Virus record (IMG/VR): IMGVR_UViG_3300012667_000994
Coordinates: 1-52,379 of that record
DNA from: a virus
Taxonomy: Duplodnaviria > Caudoviricetes
DNA length: 52,379 nt
Direction: 5' to 3' (one strand)
The position numbers and the translations under genes are program-made. The notes under the pieces were generated by a model. It made no database searches, was not told where the DNA came from, and worked only from the letters and a program-made list of their open reading frames with translations. Shown here in pieces: positions 19,213-28,418 of this stretch (its first letter is position 1; each line of letters begins with the position of its first letter).

Positions 19213-19527
19213 TTAACTAAATATTTTATCCCAATATCTTAAAAGCACACCATAAAGAATACCTACAACAGTTGCACCACCAACTAATTTGGCTTTAAAA
19301 GACTTGTCATCTTCTATGTACTTTCTATGGTCATTAACTTGCTCTACAAGTCCTTTTTGACCATATTCTTTATTTCCAATAACTGTTTGGTTAAGCTTAA
19401 CTAAAGAAATTTCCATTTCGTTTAGCTTTCCGTTCATTTTAGTCAACATATCTTTAATAAAAGTCATGTCGCTTTCTGGAACACTTATCATTGCTTCTTT
19501 TGGTTTTCTGCTTCTAACTATTGTCAT
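19213..19527 (-). CDS. coiled-coil protein with C-terminal TM
   Basis: Hydrophobic C-terminus. Confidence 0.7.
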   Translation of the reverse strand: MTIVRSRKPKEAMISVPESDMTFIKDMLTKMNGKLNEMEISLVKLNQTVIGNKEYGQKGLVEQVNDHRKYIEDDKSFKAKLVGGATVVGILYGVLLRYWDKIFS

Positions 19528-19528
19528 T

Positions 19529-19954
19529 TTATATGCCTAATTTTTCTAAATGTTGTGCTAGCGTAACTACTTTTAATTTTGCCAAAGGTTTGTTTTCCTC
19601 TATTTTGTAAAATCCAAGACCTACGCCTTGTTTTTGGTTTTTATCTTCATATTTTAATATGAAGCAACAAACTTGGTTTACATTAGTTTCGTTTTCTTCT
19701 GCACACTCGATTAAACTTTTTTTAAGAAAAGGACTTGCCAGAGCTTCGTACCCAAACATATCCAATTTCTTATCCATAATTTCTAAAAATCTAACCTTTT
19801 CTTCCTCTACATATTTTTTACACATAACGTAAAAAACATTTCCATTCTCATCGTTCAAAACTTTTATTTGAACTTGTAAATCGGTTAATCCGTAAATTTT
19901 TGCGTATTTTTCAATACCAGTAAACATGATTTTTTTTACAATTCCTTCTACCAT
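19529..19954 (-). CDS. hypothetical protein
   Basis: 141-aa ORF with upstream AACCAAGAAA leader. Confidence 0.7.
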   Translation of the reverse strand: MVEGIVKKIMFTGIEKYAKIYGLTDLQVQIKVLNDENGNVFYVMCKKYVEEEKVRFLEIMDKKLDMFGYEALASPFLKKSLIECAEENETNVNQVCCFILKYEDKNQKQGVGLGFYKIEENKPLAKLKVVTLAQHLEKLGI

Positions 19955-19990
19955 TTTTTATTTTATTATAAGTTTCTTGGTTCAAAAATA

Positions 19991-20554
19991 CTATTTAATT
20001 CCGAAAATATTGAATATTTTTGAATATTTCTGTTTTAAGTCGTTATACTTATCTCCAAAACCATATTCACTAATCAAATCACTTGAATAAGTAAATTCTT
20101 CTTTATTGAATTGAATAGTGGAATTTACGTTCATGAAATTAATTTTCAATTGCCCTTCTACTTCAATTTTAATTGGCTTTTGTTTTAACACATCAGATAA
20201 AAATGCTGGTAAACCTGCTTTAATGTCATTTACGTTGATAACACCAACGCCAGTAATATCAAAAGAGCTATTTGGCTCAATAGTAACTGGTTTTGTAGAA
20301 ATAACATCGGCAAACTTTTTACCTTCATAGTACAAATCCAAATCAAAAGAATTTATAATTAATTTAAAACTTGACTTATTGGTAATTTGAATAGTAGCAC
20401 TAACTTTCACATCATTACCATCAATACCCAAATACTTAAAGTTTTTTATTTTGTAGTCGTATTTCATTGCTAAATCAACTTGATATTTGAAATAACGATA
20501 TAAGCCGTAACCAGCTAATCCTACACCACCTATAATTAATGCTTTTTTTATCAT
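19991..20554 (-). CDS. LEA_2/WHy-like domain protein with N-terminal TM
   Basis: IQITNKSSF.L.I....DLYYEGKKFA...IEPNSS. Confidence 0.7.
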   Translation of the reverse strand: MIKKALIIGGVGLAGYGLYRYFKYQVDLAMKYDYKIKNFKYLGIDGNDVKVSATIQITNKSSFKLIINSFDLDLYYEGKKFADVISTKPVTIEPNSSFDITGVGVINVNDIKAGLPAFLSDVLKQKPIKIEVEGQLKINFMNVNSTIQFNKEEFTYSSDLISEYGFGDKYNDLKQKYSKIFNIFGIK

Positions 20555-20560
20555 TTCTTT

Positions 20561-21124
20561 TTATTTTTTTGTAATTACATACAATCCAGTTAGTAAAACA
20601 ACTGCTCCTAAACCAATATAAAGATATTGCTCTTTATAATTTGATGGCAAAACATTTTGTTCTTGAATTGCAGACTGTTTTGTTATAATTTTAGCACTTT
20701 CATCTAATCTAATTTGCTCAATTTGGTTTCTACAATCTAAATCTACAAATTTGTTTTCTAAAGTTTTTATAACGTTTTGCAACAGATTATCTCCTAAATA
20801 TTTACCATAATAATCATTTACATTTGTGTTTTTTTTATAAAAGTCAGATGCTTTTGTATTCATGTAATTTTTGAATGAAGCAAGACTTTCTTTTATGAAT
20901 AAAGGTTGATTTGGCAAAGTCATTTTATAACCATTTAGCTTTTCTGCTTTCAAATAAGCTAAAGAATCCTTTGCTTCTTTTAAAGCTACATCTAAAGAGA
21001 TACAATCTTTTAAATTGAATTTATTGTAAGTAAAATCTCTGATAACAACTTGTCTTGGGTCATCTCCTCCAATTGGAATTTGAAGTCCAAAAATATTATC
21101 AAAACCAAAATCTAATCCTAACAT
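20561..21124 (-). CDS. membrane protein, Cys-pair helical hairpin family
   Basis: DC.SL...DCRNQIE; C-terminus nearly identical to 22328..23026. Confidence 0.75.
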   Translation of the reverse strand: MLGLDFGFDNIFGLQIPIGGDDPRQVVIRDFTYNKFNLKDCISLDVALKEAKDSLAYLKAEKLNGYKMTLPNQPLFIKESLASFKNYMNTKASDFYKKNTNVNDYYGKYLGDNLLQNVIKTLENKFVDLDCRNQIEQIRLDESAKIITKQSAIQEQNVLPSNYKEQYLYIGLGAVVLLTGLYVITKK

Positions 21125-21486
21125 TATTTCCTACTTTTAAATTCGTAAATTATTACTCCTAAAGCCAATAGTGTAGCAACACCATAAATAAGATAATCTT
21201 TATTTTTGGTTTTGCTTTCTAAATTTGATATATAGTCAACAGACTTTTCTTCTGCTTCCTTTATTATTTCTTTATTTTTTTCTTCTTGAATTTTCTCGTA
21301 ATTCAATGCTTCATTCCAACTAGCATCGCCTAAACCACTACCTACCGCAACCGAACCTACTGGTAATTGAAAATTGCCAGACATTAAGTTATTTAGGTTA
21401 TCCCAAATTTCTTTTTGTGTAGCACATGAAACACCTTTTGACACTCGTGCTTCATCACATTTAAAAGGTTCTATTATCGTTGACAT
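21124..21486 (-). CDS. membrane protein with C-terminal TM
   Basis: YLIYGVATLLALGVIIYEFKSRK. Confidence 0.7.
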   Translation of the reverse strand: MSTIIEPFKCDEARVSKGVSCATQKEIWDNLNNLMSGNFQLPVGSVAVGSGLGDASWNEALNYEKIQEEKNKEIIKEAEEKSVDYISNLESKTKNKDYLIYGVATLLALGVIIYEFKSRK

Positions 21487-21489
21487 AAT

Positions 21490-22137
21490 TTATCTTTTTA
21501 TTAATTTGTAAGCTAAATATACTAAAAACAAAGCACCAACACCCAAGCCTATTTTTTCGGCTGTTGTTAGTACTGAAATTTTACTAGCTACATAAACAAT
21601 ATCTTTATCTTTGTCTTGCTTAATTTCATCAAATAATAAATGAGATTTACCCTCATCATCTAATTTGTTTATAAAATTTACTTCGGCATCAACTAAATTA
21701 AAAGAGTTTCCTAATAAATTTTGAGAAGATGTTCCGTAATCTTCTAATTTTCTTACATATCCTAAATTCTTTAATTTATCAAAAATGACAGCAATTCCCA
21801 AACCTCTATTTTCAACTAATGCGTTTGCTACACCTTGATTTTTAATTTTATCTCCTTGAATAGAATCCCAAAACACTTTTTTAAAAATAACGTTATAAAT
21901 AGAATCTGGCATATTTTTAAAGTTTTCACAACTTGCAACATATCCTAAAGAATCTGCATTGTTTACAAACTCATCCCAAGTTATACCATAGCTTGTATTA
22001 TTTTTTTTTATACCAAAAAGACCTTTAGTGTCTGTAACGCCTAAATCACAAGGTGGCTCTAAAGCACTAAAAATGCTCCATGAAAGACCTTTGTTTTTGT
22101 TTTTAATAACAGAAACTATTTTTTTGTAATCAGCCAT
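21490..22137 (-). CDS. degenerate GH108-like lysozyme paralog with C-terminal TM
   Basis: Aligns with 35975..36655 (GITW, C.NF..MPDS, FWD.IQGDKIKNQ) but lacks the EGG motif. Confidence 0.7.
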   Translation of the reverse strand: MADYKKIVSVIKNKNKGLSWSIFSALEPPCDLGVTDTKGLFGIKKNNTSYGITWDEFVNNADSLGYVASCENFKNMPDSIYNVIFKKVFWDSIQGDKIKNQGVANALVENRGLGIAVIFDKLKNLGYVRKLEDYGTSSQNLLGNSFNLVDAEVNFINKLDDEGKSHLLFDEIKQDKDKDIVYVASKISVLTTAEKIGLGVGALFLVYLAYKLIKR

Positions 22138-22326
22138 TTATTTTTTCTTTTTGACTATTATTTTTAATAAAAGAATAGATAAAACACTTACCCCTAGAAT
22201 TATTCCAAAACGAATAATTTTTTTGTTGTCTTGTTCTTTATCAATTTCTTGAAATTGTTTTTCTTGCTTTTCAAGTAATTCGTTTATTCTGCCCAATGAT
22301 GACGAATCGTATATTAATCCAGACAT
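22138..22326 (-). CDS. small membrane protein
   Basis: C-terminal TM plus KKKK. Confidence 0.7.
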   Translation of the reverse strand: MSGLIYDSSSLGRINELLEKQEKQFQEIDKEQDNKKIIRFGIILGVSVLSILLLKIIVKKKK

Positions 22327-22327
22327 A

Positions 22328-23026
22328 TTATTTTTTTGTAATTATGTATAAACCAGTTAATAAAACTACCGAACCCAATCCAATATAAAGATATTGCTCT
22401 TTGTAATTCGATGGTAAAACATTTTGCTCTTGCTTTTCAGCTTGAGTACTCAATAAATAACCAGATTCATTTAGATTTTGTTTCTCTAAAGTATTTCTGC
22501 AATTTTTTTCCGCAAATTCGTTTTGTTTTTTAAGCAATAAAGTATTGTATTTATCCCTTAAAATTTTCATGGTGTCTTTACTATATTTTGTACTTCCAGC
22601 AGGCTTTAAAAGTTCGGCTGAATACTTTGCAATTTCATCTGAAATTTGTTTTAAATCCCCATCTAAAACTGAACATTCCGAAGAACTAAAATCTGCTATT
22701 TGCCTACATTTATTATCAAAACTTTGTTGTAATTCTAGCCTTTGTGGATTTAAAATTCGCAATTTATCGCCAAGCTCTTTCATCGTTTGTTTTTCAGAAT
22801 CGGTCAAACTTTTTTTAGAATAAAGTTTTTGATATTCTGGAGATATTAGAGCTATTTCTGAATTGACTAAATTTAATTTTATTTTTAATAAATCGCAAGC
22901 ACTTTCCTCGCCTTTACCAATTAAAATTTCTTCATTGGTCAGTTTCTTTTCTTTTTTAAAAAAGAAAGGATATGCAACCGCTGAAGCACCTAAAACTAAT
23001 AAAGAGATTCCTGCTACTTTAGACAT
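22328..23026 (-). CDS. membrane protein with two Cys-pair hairpins and TM helices at both ends
   Basis: C..L...F..KC repeated twice. Confidence 0.75.
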   Translation of the reverse strand: MSKVAGISLLVLGASAVAYPFFFKKEKKLTNEEILIGKGEESACDLLKIKLNLVNSEIALISPEYQKLYSKKSLTDSEKQTMKELGDKLRILNPQRLELQQSFDNKCRQIADFSSSECSVLDGDLKQISDEIAKYSAELLKPAGSTKYSKDTMKILRDKYNTLLLKKQNEFAEKNCRNTLEKQNLNESGYLLSTQAEKQEQNVLPSNYKEQYLYIGLGSVVLLTGLYIITKK

Positions 23027-23027
23027 A

Positions 23028-23573
23028 TTATTTTTTTCTGAAAATTAAATATCCACCAACTAAACCAGCAATTAAAATCCAATAAGGGAATGGTTTTTTT
23101 GCTTTTGGAGTTTCAGTTATTTGCTCGCTAGCACCAGCACTTGCACCGCCACTTGCACCACCAGTTAAACTGCCTAAAAAAGCACCTAGATTTGGCAAAG
23201 AAGTTCCAGTAGTACCGCTTGTAGTTCCAGTTGTAGGACTAGAAATAGGATTTGTTGGAGTAATTATTTCTGGTTCAGCAATAATACTTGAACCTAAATT
23301 TCCATTACAACTTTTCATAAATTCTTCTTTAGCTTTAAGCATCGCATCATAAGAACCCCATTTACTAATCATTGCTATTTGTTGCCATTTTTTTTCACAT
23401 TCCGTTGTTCCAATAGGCATATCTCCTAAAGGCGGAGGTGTAGGTTCTGCTAATAATGGGTCAGCTTTAACTAATCCTATTTCTTTTCGTGGTCTTGGCA
23501 AACTACCATCTAATGGTATTTGGTCTGGACTATATTCAAGACTGTTACTTGTTACATTTTTATAATAATTCAT
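23028..23573 (-). CDS. Pro/Thr-rich membrane protein
   Basis: ECEKKW...F.K.C module; C-terminal TM. Confidence 0.7.
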   Translation of the reverse strand: MNYYKNVTSNSLEYSPDQIPLDGSLPRPRKEIGLVKADPLLAEPTPPPLGDMPIGTTECEKKWQQIAMISKWGSYDAMLKAKEEFMKSCNGNLGSSIIAEPEIITPTNPISSPTTGTTSGTTGTSLPNLGAFLGSLTGGASGGASAGASEQITETPKAKKPFPYWILIAGLVGGYLIFRKK

Positions 23574-23585
23574 AACTAATTAATT

Positions 23586-24113
23586 TTATTGTTCTAAAAC
23601 AAAGCCTGCTGGCTCTACTACTTTTCTAATTTTTGTTTTTAAAGCACCATCGCCTACTCCTAGTTCATAATTTAACCATGAAATTAAGTCAAGGTTTTCA
23701 CTATTCCATAAATAAGTAAGTGGAGATGGAGTACCTCCAGTTAAGGCTGAATAACTTCTTTTACCAAAAGCATTATAAACTTTTTTAAAGTCCTCTGGGT
23801 TTAATTTTGAAAAAACACTTTCTATAACACCTTTGTCTGTTCCAAAAGTATAATTAAATGCTTGTAATAAATTTTCGGCATAGTTTTTAGCTTGAGCATC
23901 AGTAATAGTGGTTTTAGTTTCATCTACATCTTGTTCGATAAATTTACTACCTACAATAGATTCTCCAGCAATTCCACCTTTTAATCTTTTTACAACAGCA
24001 TAACCTATTACTACAACAGCAATAGCACCACCTATATAAAGTAAAGGTTTTTTATTATTTGCTATAAAATCTCCAGTTTTACCTAAAGATTTACTTAATT
24101 CAAATTTTTCCAT
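23586..24113 (-). CDS. membrane-anchored annexin-like domain protein
   Basis: A..L..AF...FGTDK..I..VF.......F.KV..AF resembles the annexin repeat (GxGTDE). Confidence 0.55.
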   Translation of the reverse strand: MEKFELSKSLGKTGDFIANNKKPLLYIGGAIAVVVIGYAVVKRLKGGIAGESIVGSKFIEQDVDETKTTITDAQAKNYAENLLQAFNYTFGTDKGVIESVFSKLNPEDFKKVYNAFGKRSYSALTGGTPSPLTYLWNSENLDLISWLNYELGVGDGALKTKIRKVVEPAGFVLEQ

Positions 24114-24120
24114 TTTAATA

Positions 24121-24396
24121 TTATTTTATTGCTTTACCGCCTTTTGTATTGTAATTTTTAAGTTTATAGGTAAAAGTGCTTTTGCCATTTTTAACTGCAT
24201 TTGCCCACTCGTTTAAATAACCTTCCTCGAATGTACTCAAAAGATTATTTGCGTTTTGGGTCATATTTGCCCCTACAATAATGTCAATGTTTTCTTGTTT
24301 GGTTCTAACTGGTTTCTTTAGTAAGTTTTTATAAATAAAATACCCACCAACACCTAATATTGCAACCGAAATCCAAATGTAAGTTTTATTTTTCAT
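24121..24396 (-). CDS. N-anchored membrane protein
   Basis: N-terminal TM. Confidence 0.7.
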   Translation of the reverse strand: MKNKTYIWISVAILGVGGYFIYKNLLKKPVRTKQENIDIIVGANMTQNANNLLSTFEEGYLNEWANAVKNGKSTFTYKLKNYNTKGGKAIK

Positions 24397-24400
24397 GTTT

Positions 24401-24886
24401 TTAAATTTTAACTAAAACGCCATCAATTTGCCCTTTATATTCATATCCCAATGTTTTTAAATCATCTTTCAGTTTTTTAATAAGAAATGGATATGGATTA
24501 TAATTACTTGATGTTTTAAAAATTTCTTTTGACTTTGTTAAATTCAATTTTTGTTTTGATGCACTTAATCTATAATAATTATTTATTTTTGCTTCAATAT
24601 CTTTAGCTGTATCTAATTTAGCTTGTTCTTCAGAATTTGAAGCTGTGGTTGTAGAAGTTACAATTGTTCCTTTAGGTAAAGGTGTTATGCCACCATCAGA
24701 AGCACCGCTTGTAGCACCAGTTGGGGTAGTTGTACTTGGAGTAGTTGTACTTGGAGTAGTTGCACTTGGCTGTGTAGCGGAAGTGCCACCTAATATTGCT
24801 TCTTGTTTTTTCTTGTTTTTTAGGTATAAATAAGCTAAACCACCTACTACTGCTAAACCACCTCCTATTAATAATACTTTTTTCAT
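24401..24886 (-). CDS. N-anchored Thr-rich membrane protein (tandem paralog A)
   Basis: First ~50 aa nearly identical to the neighbour. Confidence 0.8.
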   Translation of the reverse strand: MKKVLLIGGGLAVVGGLAYLYLKNKKKQEAILGGTSATQPSATTPSTTTPSTTTPTGATSGASDGGITPLPKGTIVTSTTTASNSEEQAKLDTAKDIEAKINNYYRLSASKQKLNLTKSKEIFKTSSNYNPYPFLIKKLKDDLKTLGYEYKGQIDGVLVKI

Positions 24887-24897
24887 TTTAATATTTT

Positions 24898-25293
24898 TTA
24901 AATTTTAACTAAAATCCCATCTTTACCACCTTTGTATTCATATCCTAATTTTAATAAATCATCATTCAACTTTTGAAATTGATTTTTAAAAAGTCCTTTA
25001 GCTGGGTACATTTTTTTTATTTTAGCTTCAATATCTCTAGCCGTATCTAATTTAGCTTGTTCTTCAGATGTTAAAACTTTTGTTGTAGGCGTTATAATCA
25101 TACCTGCTAATATTCCATCAGTAGCACCGCTTGTAGCACCAGTTGGGGTAGTTGTACTTGGAGTAGTTGCACTTGGCTGTGTAGCCGAAGCACCACCTAA
25201 TATTGCTTCTTGTTTTTTCTTATTTTTTAAGTACAAGTAAGCTAAACCGCCTACTACCGCTAAACCACCACCTATTAATAATACTTTTTTCAT
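24898..25293 (-). CDS. N-anchored Thr-rich membrane protein (tandem paralog B)
   Basis: Duplicate of 24401..24886. Confidence 0.8.
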   Translation of the reverse strand: MKKVLLIGGGLAVVGGLAYLYLKNKKKQEAILGGASATQPSATTPSTTTPTGATSGATDGILAGMIITPTTKVLTSEEQAKLDTARDIEAKIKKMYPAKGLFKNQFQKLNDDLLKLGYEYKGGKDGILVKI

Positions 25294-25294
25294 T

Positions 25295-25663
25295 TTATTC
25301 CTTGTTTGAAATTAATATAATACTCGTTGCTACCAAAAGAATACCAATACCAATATAAATTCTTTTTTTAACTTCAGATTTACTTTCGGCTTCAATTCTA
25401 ATTTTATCAATTTCTTGATACTTTGTTGCTATTTGGTTGACTTGTTCTAGCTTCTTATCTCCTATTACAATTTGACAATTTTTTTTTGCAAAAAAATCAT
25501 TTAATTCTTTAAGTCTTGCATCTAAAACACGAATCTCTTTACTATTCAATGATAAAGCATAATAAGATTTTTCATTGATAACTTTGTCTATTGTTTTTTG
25601 CAATTGGACACAATCATCTGAATATGGGAAAAGCTTTCTTATTTCGTCTATACTCCTTGCCAT
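25295..25663 (-). CDS. membrane protein, Cys-pair helical hairpin family
   Basis: DCVQLQ...FAKKNC; C-terminal TM. Confidence 0.75.
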   Translation of the reverse strand: MARSIDEIRKLFPYSDDCVQLQKTIDKVINEKSYYALSLNSKEIRVLDARLKELNDFFAKKNCQIVIGDKKLEQVNQIATKYQEIDKIRIEAESKSEVKKRIYIGIGILLVATSIILISNKE

Positions 25664-25672
25664 AAATAAAAA

Positions 25673-26107
25673 TTATTTCACAAATTTCGTAAAAAACTCT
25701 AAAGATATTTGACCATAAACAAAATTAGTACTAAAAGCATTACTAGATATATAATCATAAATAGCTTTTTGATTTGGATTTTCTTGCATATTTCTTACAG
25801 CACTTTCCGTTTTAGCACCAAAAACACCATCTGCAACTAATTTAGGACTTGCATACCCATTCTTATTTAACCAATTTTGTAACATTTGCACATTGCTACC
25901 TTTTGAACCATTTTTCAATGGATAAGAAGCTACTGGTAATACAGTTTTAACAATAGTACTTGTAGCACTTTTTACATCATCTTTTACACTTTCTGTATAA
26001 GTTAAGGCTTCTCCTTTTTTAGTTTTAGAAATATATCTATAAACTAAATAAGCACCAACTCCAATTACTGCAAAAGCACCTAAAAAAAGTTTTTTATTTT
26101 TTGTCAT
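25673..26107 (-). CDS. membrane-anchored peptidoglycan-binding domain protein
   Basis: LKNGSKGSNVQMLQ.WL...ADGVFGAKTESAV. Confidence 0.85.
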   Translation of the reverse strand: MTKNKKLFLGAFAVIGVGAYLVYRYISKTKKGEALTYTESVKDDVKSATSTIVKTVLPVASYPLKNGSKGSNVQMLQNWLNKNGYASPKLVADGVFGAKTESAVRNMQENPNQKAIYDYISSNAFSTNFVYGQISLEFFTKFVK

Positions 26108-26426
26108 TTTTAAAATCTTTTAAAGTTATTTGTTTAACTCCTTTGGCTTTAAATAAAGCGTTTTCAGTCATTGTTCCGAAGTCGCCATCAATTCCATCGC
26201 CATCAGCACCAAAAGTTCCTAAATCGTAACCCATTTCATCTTTTAAAATACGTTGCAATTCAACTACCTCTGCACCAGTTGAGCCTTTTTGTAAAAGCAA
26301 ATTTTCATCCAACATGCTTAATTGCTCGGCACTTGGTTTTCTTAATCTTTGAAATATTCTACCAACTAGGAATAATCCTGCCAATACTCCAATTCCAATA
26401 AATATGTTTTTTGTTGTTTTGTTCAT
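26094..26426 (-). CDS. membrane-anchored peptidoglycan-binding domain protein
   Basis: LQKGSTGAEVVELQ.IL...IDGDFG..TENAL. Confidence 0.85.
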   Translation of the reverse strand: MNKTTKNIFIGIGVLAGLFLVGRIFQRLRKPSAEQLSMLDENLLLQKGSTGAEVVELQRILKDEMGYDLGTFGADGDGIDGDFGTMTENALFKAKGVKQITLKDFKNDKK

Positions 26427-26432
26427 AGCTTT

Positions 26433-27221
26433 TTATCTTAATACCATATTTTTTTTCTCAAAGTCCATTACGAACTTCTCTATGATTTTCATTCTATTTA
26501 AGTTTTGTTGGCTGTCGCTTTCCTTGAATACTTCATAAAAAGCTTGCAACCCTTCAATTCTAGGATAACCTAATCCTAAATAGATTAATAATCCGTTTAT
26601 GTCGGCTTCACTTTCATTATCAATGTCATCATTAACGTAAAAGTGGCTAAATTCATGACACAATATAGCAAAACGCATAGGAACTGTATATTTGTCAAAA
26701 TATTTTTTTGCAACTTGTATTCTACCAGTTACCCTTGAAATTCTAGCTGGAGTAGTTAACTCCTTGCCAGTATTAGAGCTTTTAATAACTGGTAAATACT
26801 CAATAAGAAATTGACCATTGTCCGACTGATAAGTCTTATTAGCCGATAAATAAGGAGCATTATAACTAAACCTTTGAGCAAAATCGACAAAATTAGCAAC
26901 CACCATATTCTTAATATCAACAACATCTAATCTTTTTTCTAATGGAGTTTTATTAACTTCTAATATTTTAATGTTTTTTTCTTGAGCCTTTGGAACATTA
27001 CCTACTTTTTTATCATAAACGGAAATGATTACATTTTCTGAAGTCATAGGCAATCTTACATAAAATGTTTGTTGCCCTCTTACAGTTGCCCATCTATCCG
27101 TAAATATAATGTTTGGCTTATCTTCGGAAGCTACTTTAACAACCACTTCGCATGGTTGAGCAACAGCTACCTTAATAACCAAACACATTTCATCGTATCG
27201 AGTATTTAGTCTGTAATTCAT
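26433..27221 (-). CDS. zincin-like metallopeptidase
   Basis: AILCHEFSH followed by ESEAD. Confidence 0.7.
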   Translation of the reverse strand: MNYRLNTRYDEMCLVIKVAVAQPCEVVVKVASEDKPNIIFTDRWATVRGQQTFYVRLPMTSENVIISVYDKKVGNVPKAQEKNIKILEVNKTPLEKRLDVVDIKNMVVANFVDFAQRFSYNAPYLSANKTYQSDNGQFLIEYLPVIKSSNTGKELTTPARISRVTGRIQVAKKYFDKYTVPMRFAILCHEFSHFYVNDDIDNESEADINGLLIYLGLGYPRIEGLQAFYEVFKESDSQQNLNRMKIIEKFVMDFEKKNMVLR

Positions 27222-27541
27222 TATTTTTTTTGTTTTTGATAAATTTTAAAAGCAACCGCACCTAAAATTAAAGTTGCGGAAATTATTATTACAGCTTTAC
27301 TCAAACCTTTAGTAACATCTTTTGGATTTGAATTAGATTTATTCTTTAAAGTTTCTTGTATCAATTTTTGGCTACTACTAATTTCATCTTCTCCCTCTAC
27401 TGAATTAAATTCCATTAATTGTTTGTTAGGCAAAAATCTTCCTTTGTCCTTCTCTCTTTGTAACCAATTTTTAAAACTTAACGTGCTACCGCTTTCTTTC
27501 CAGATTTGATTAGCACTCTTTCCTAAATCTATATTTTCCAT
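27221..27541 (-). CDS. membrane protein with C-terminal TM
   Basis: Hydrophobic tail plus basic end. Confidence 0.7.
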   Translation of the reverse strand: MENIDLGKSANQIWKESGSTLSFKNWLQREKDKGRFLPNKQLMEFNSVEGEDEISSSQKLIQETLKNKSNSNPKDVTKGLSKAVIIISATLILGAVAFKIYQKQKK

Positions 27542-27547
27542 TTTATA

Positions 27548-27679
27548 TTACTTTTTTGTTTCTTGTTCCATTTCTTTAATCACTTCTTGTCTTGGTTTGT
27601 AAAAACCTAAATATAGGTAAACTAGTCCACCTATACTTAAACTTGTCAAAACAATACCAACAATTGATTTTTTTTTCAT
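27548..27679 (-). CDS. 43-aa membrane protein (not in ORF track)
   Basis: Translated by hand: MKKKSIVGIVLTSLSIGGLVYLYLGFYKPRQEVIKEMEQETKK. Confidence 0.7.
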   Translation of the reverse strand: MKKKSIVGIVLTSLSIGGLVYLYLGFYKPRQEVIKEMEQETKK

Positions 27680-27681
27680 AA

Positions 27682-27843
27682 TTAAGCTTTTTGTGATTTT
27701 TTCCACGCTCTACCTACAACCCAAACAGTTGCGAATAAAACCGCTACGCTTACACCAATTCCAACTACTTTTTTCAAATAGTCGTCTTTTTTTTCTCCAG
27801 CGAATCCTCCGCTAGTTGGATTTACATTATTTGCTACTTCCAT
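27682..27843 (-). CDS. 53-aa membrane protein (not in ORF track)
   Basis: MEVANNVNPTSGGFAGEKKDDYLKKVVGIGVSVAVLFATVWVVGRAWKKSQKA. Confidence 0.75.
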   Translation of the reverse strand: MEVANNVNPTSGGFAGEKKDDYLKKVVGIGVSVAVLFATVWVVGRAWKKSQKA

Positions 27844-27864
27844 GTTTTTTTTATTTGAAATTAA

Positions 27865-27975
27865 TTACTCTTGAGATTTTTTCCATCCTTTACCTACAAC
27901 GTAAGCATATCCGTAAACTACGGCTAAAGATAAAACTAATCCTACAACTCCCATAACTAAATTTGGTTTTTTCAT
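27865..27975 (-). CDS. 36-aa membrane protein (not in ORF track), paralog of the previous gene
   Basis: MKKPNLVMGVVGLVLSLAVVYGYAYVVGKGWKKSQE. Confidence 0.75.
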   Translation of the reverse strand: MKKPNLVMGVVGLVLSLAVVYGYAYVVGKGWKKSQE

Positions 27976-27999
27976 GATATTAAATTTTTAAAATTAAAC

Positions 28000-28194
28000 T
28001 TATTTTTTATTATACTTGGAATAATCAATAGCATATCCTATTCCACCTAAAGCAATGCTACCTATAATAGCTATTCCCCACCCTTTCCAAAAACCAGTTT
28101 TTTTACTAAAAGCATAAATTACACCAGAAGCAAATCCAATTGAAGAACCAATTCTTGAATAAGTTAAATTCATTGATTTTTCTTGTGTTTCCAT
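28000..28194 (-). CDS. two-TM glycine-rich membrane protein
   Basis: Two hydrophobic Gly-rich helices; start 28194 preferred. Confidence 0.7.
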   Translation of the reverse strand: METQEKSMNLTYSRIGSSIGFASGVIYAFSKKTGFWKGWGIAIIGSIALGGIGYAIDYSKYNKK

Positions 28195-28198
28195 AATT

Positions 28199-28414
28199 CT
28201 ATTTTTTATTAACAATCATAGCGGTTGCAACACCGCCAACAATAGCACCAGTAAGACCAGATGCGTAAATATTGTATTTCTTATAGTAACCTACCATTAG
28301 ACCAATAACAAGACCAGTAATAGCACCATTTATAGATGCTTTTGAAGTGTGCATGAACAATTCTCGTTTGTCTTTGTCCACTATGTTTTTTGCTTCTTCT
28401 AAATAATTTTGCAT
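28199..28414 (-). CDS. two-TM glycine-zipper membrane protein
   Basis: GAITGLVIGLMVG and GLTGAIVGG. Confidence 0.7.
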   Translation of the reverse strand: MQNYLEEAKNIVDKDKRELFMHTSKASINGAITGLVIGLMVGYYKKYNIYASGLTGAIVGGVATAMIVNKK

Positions 28415-28418
28415 ACTA

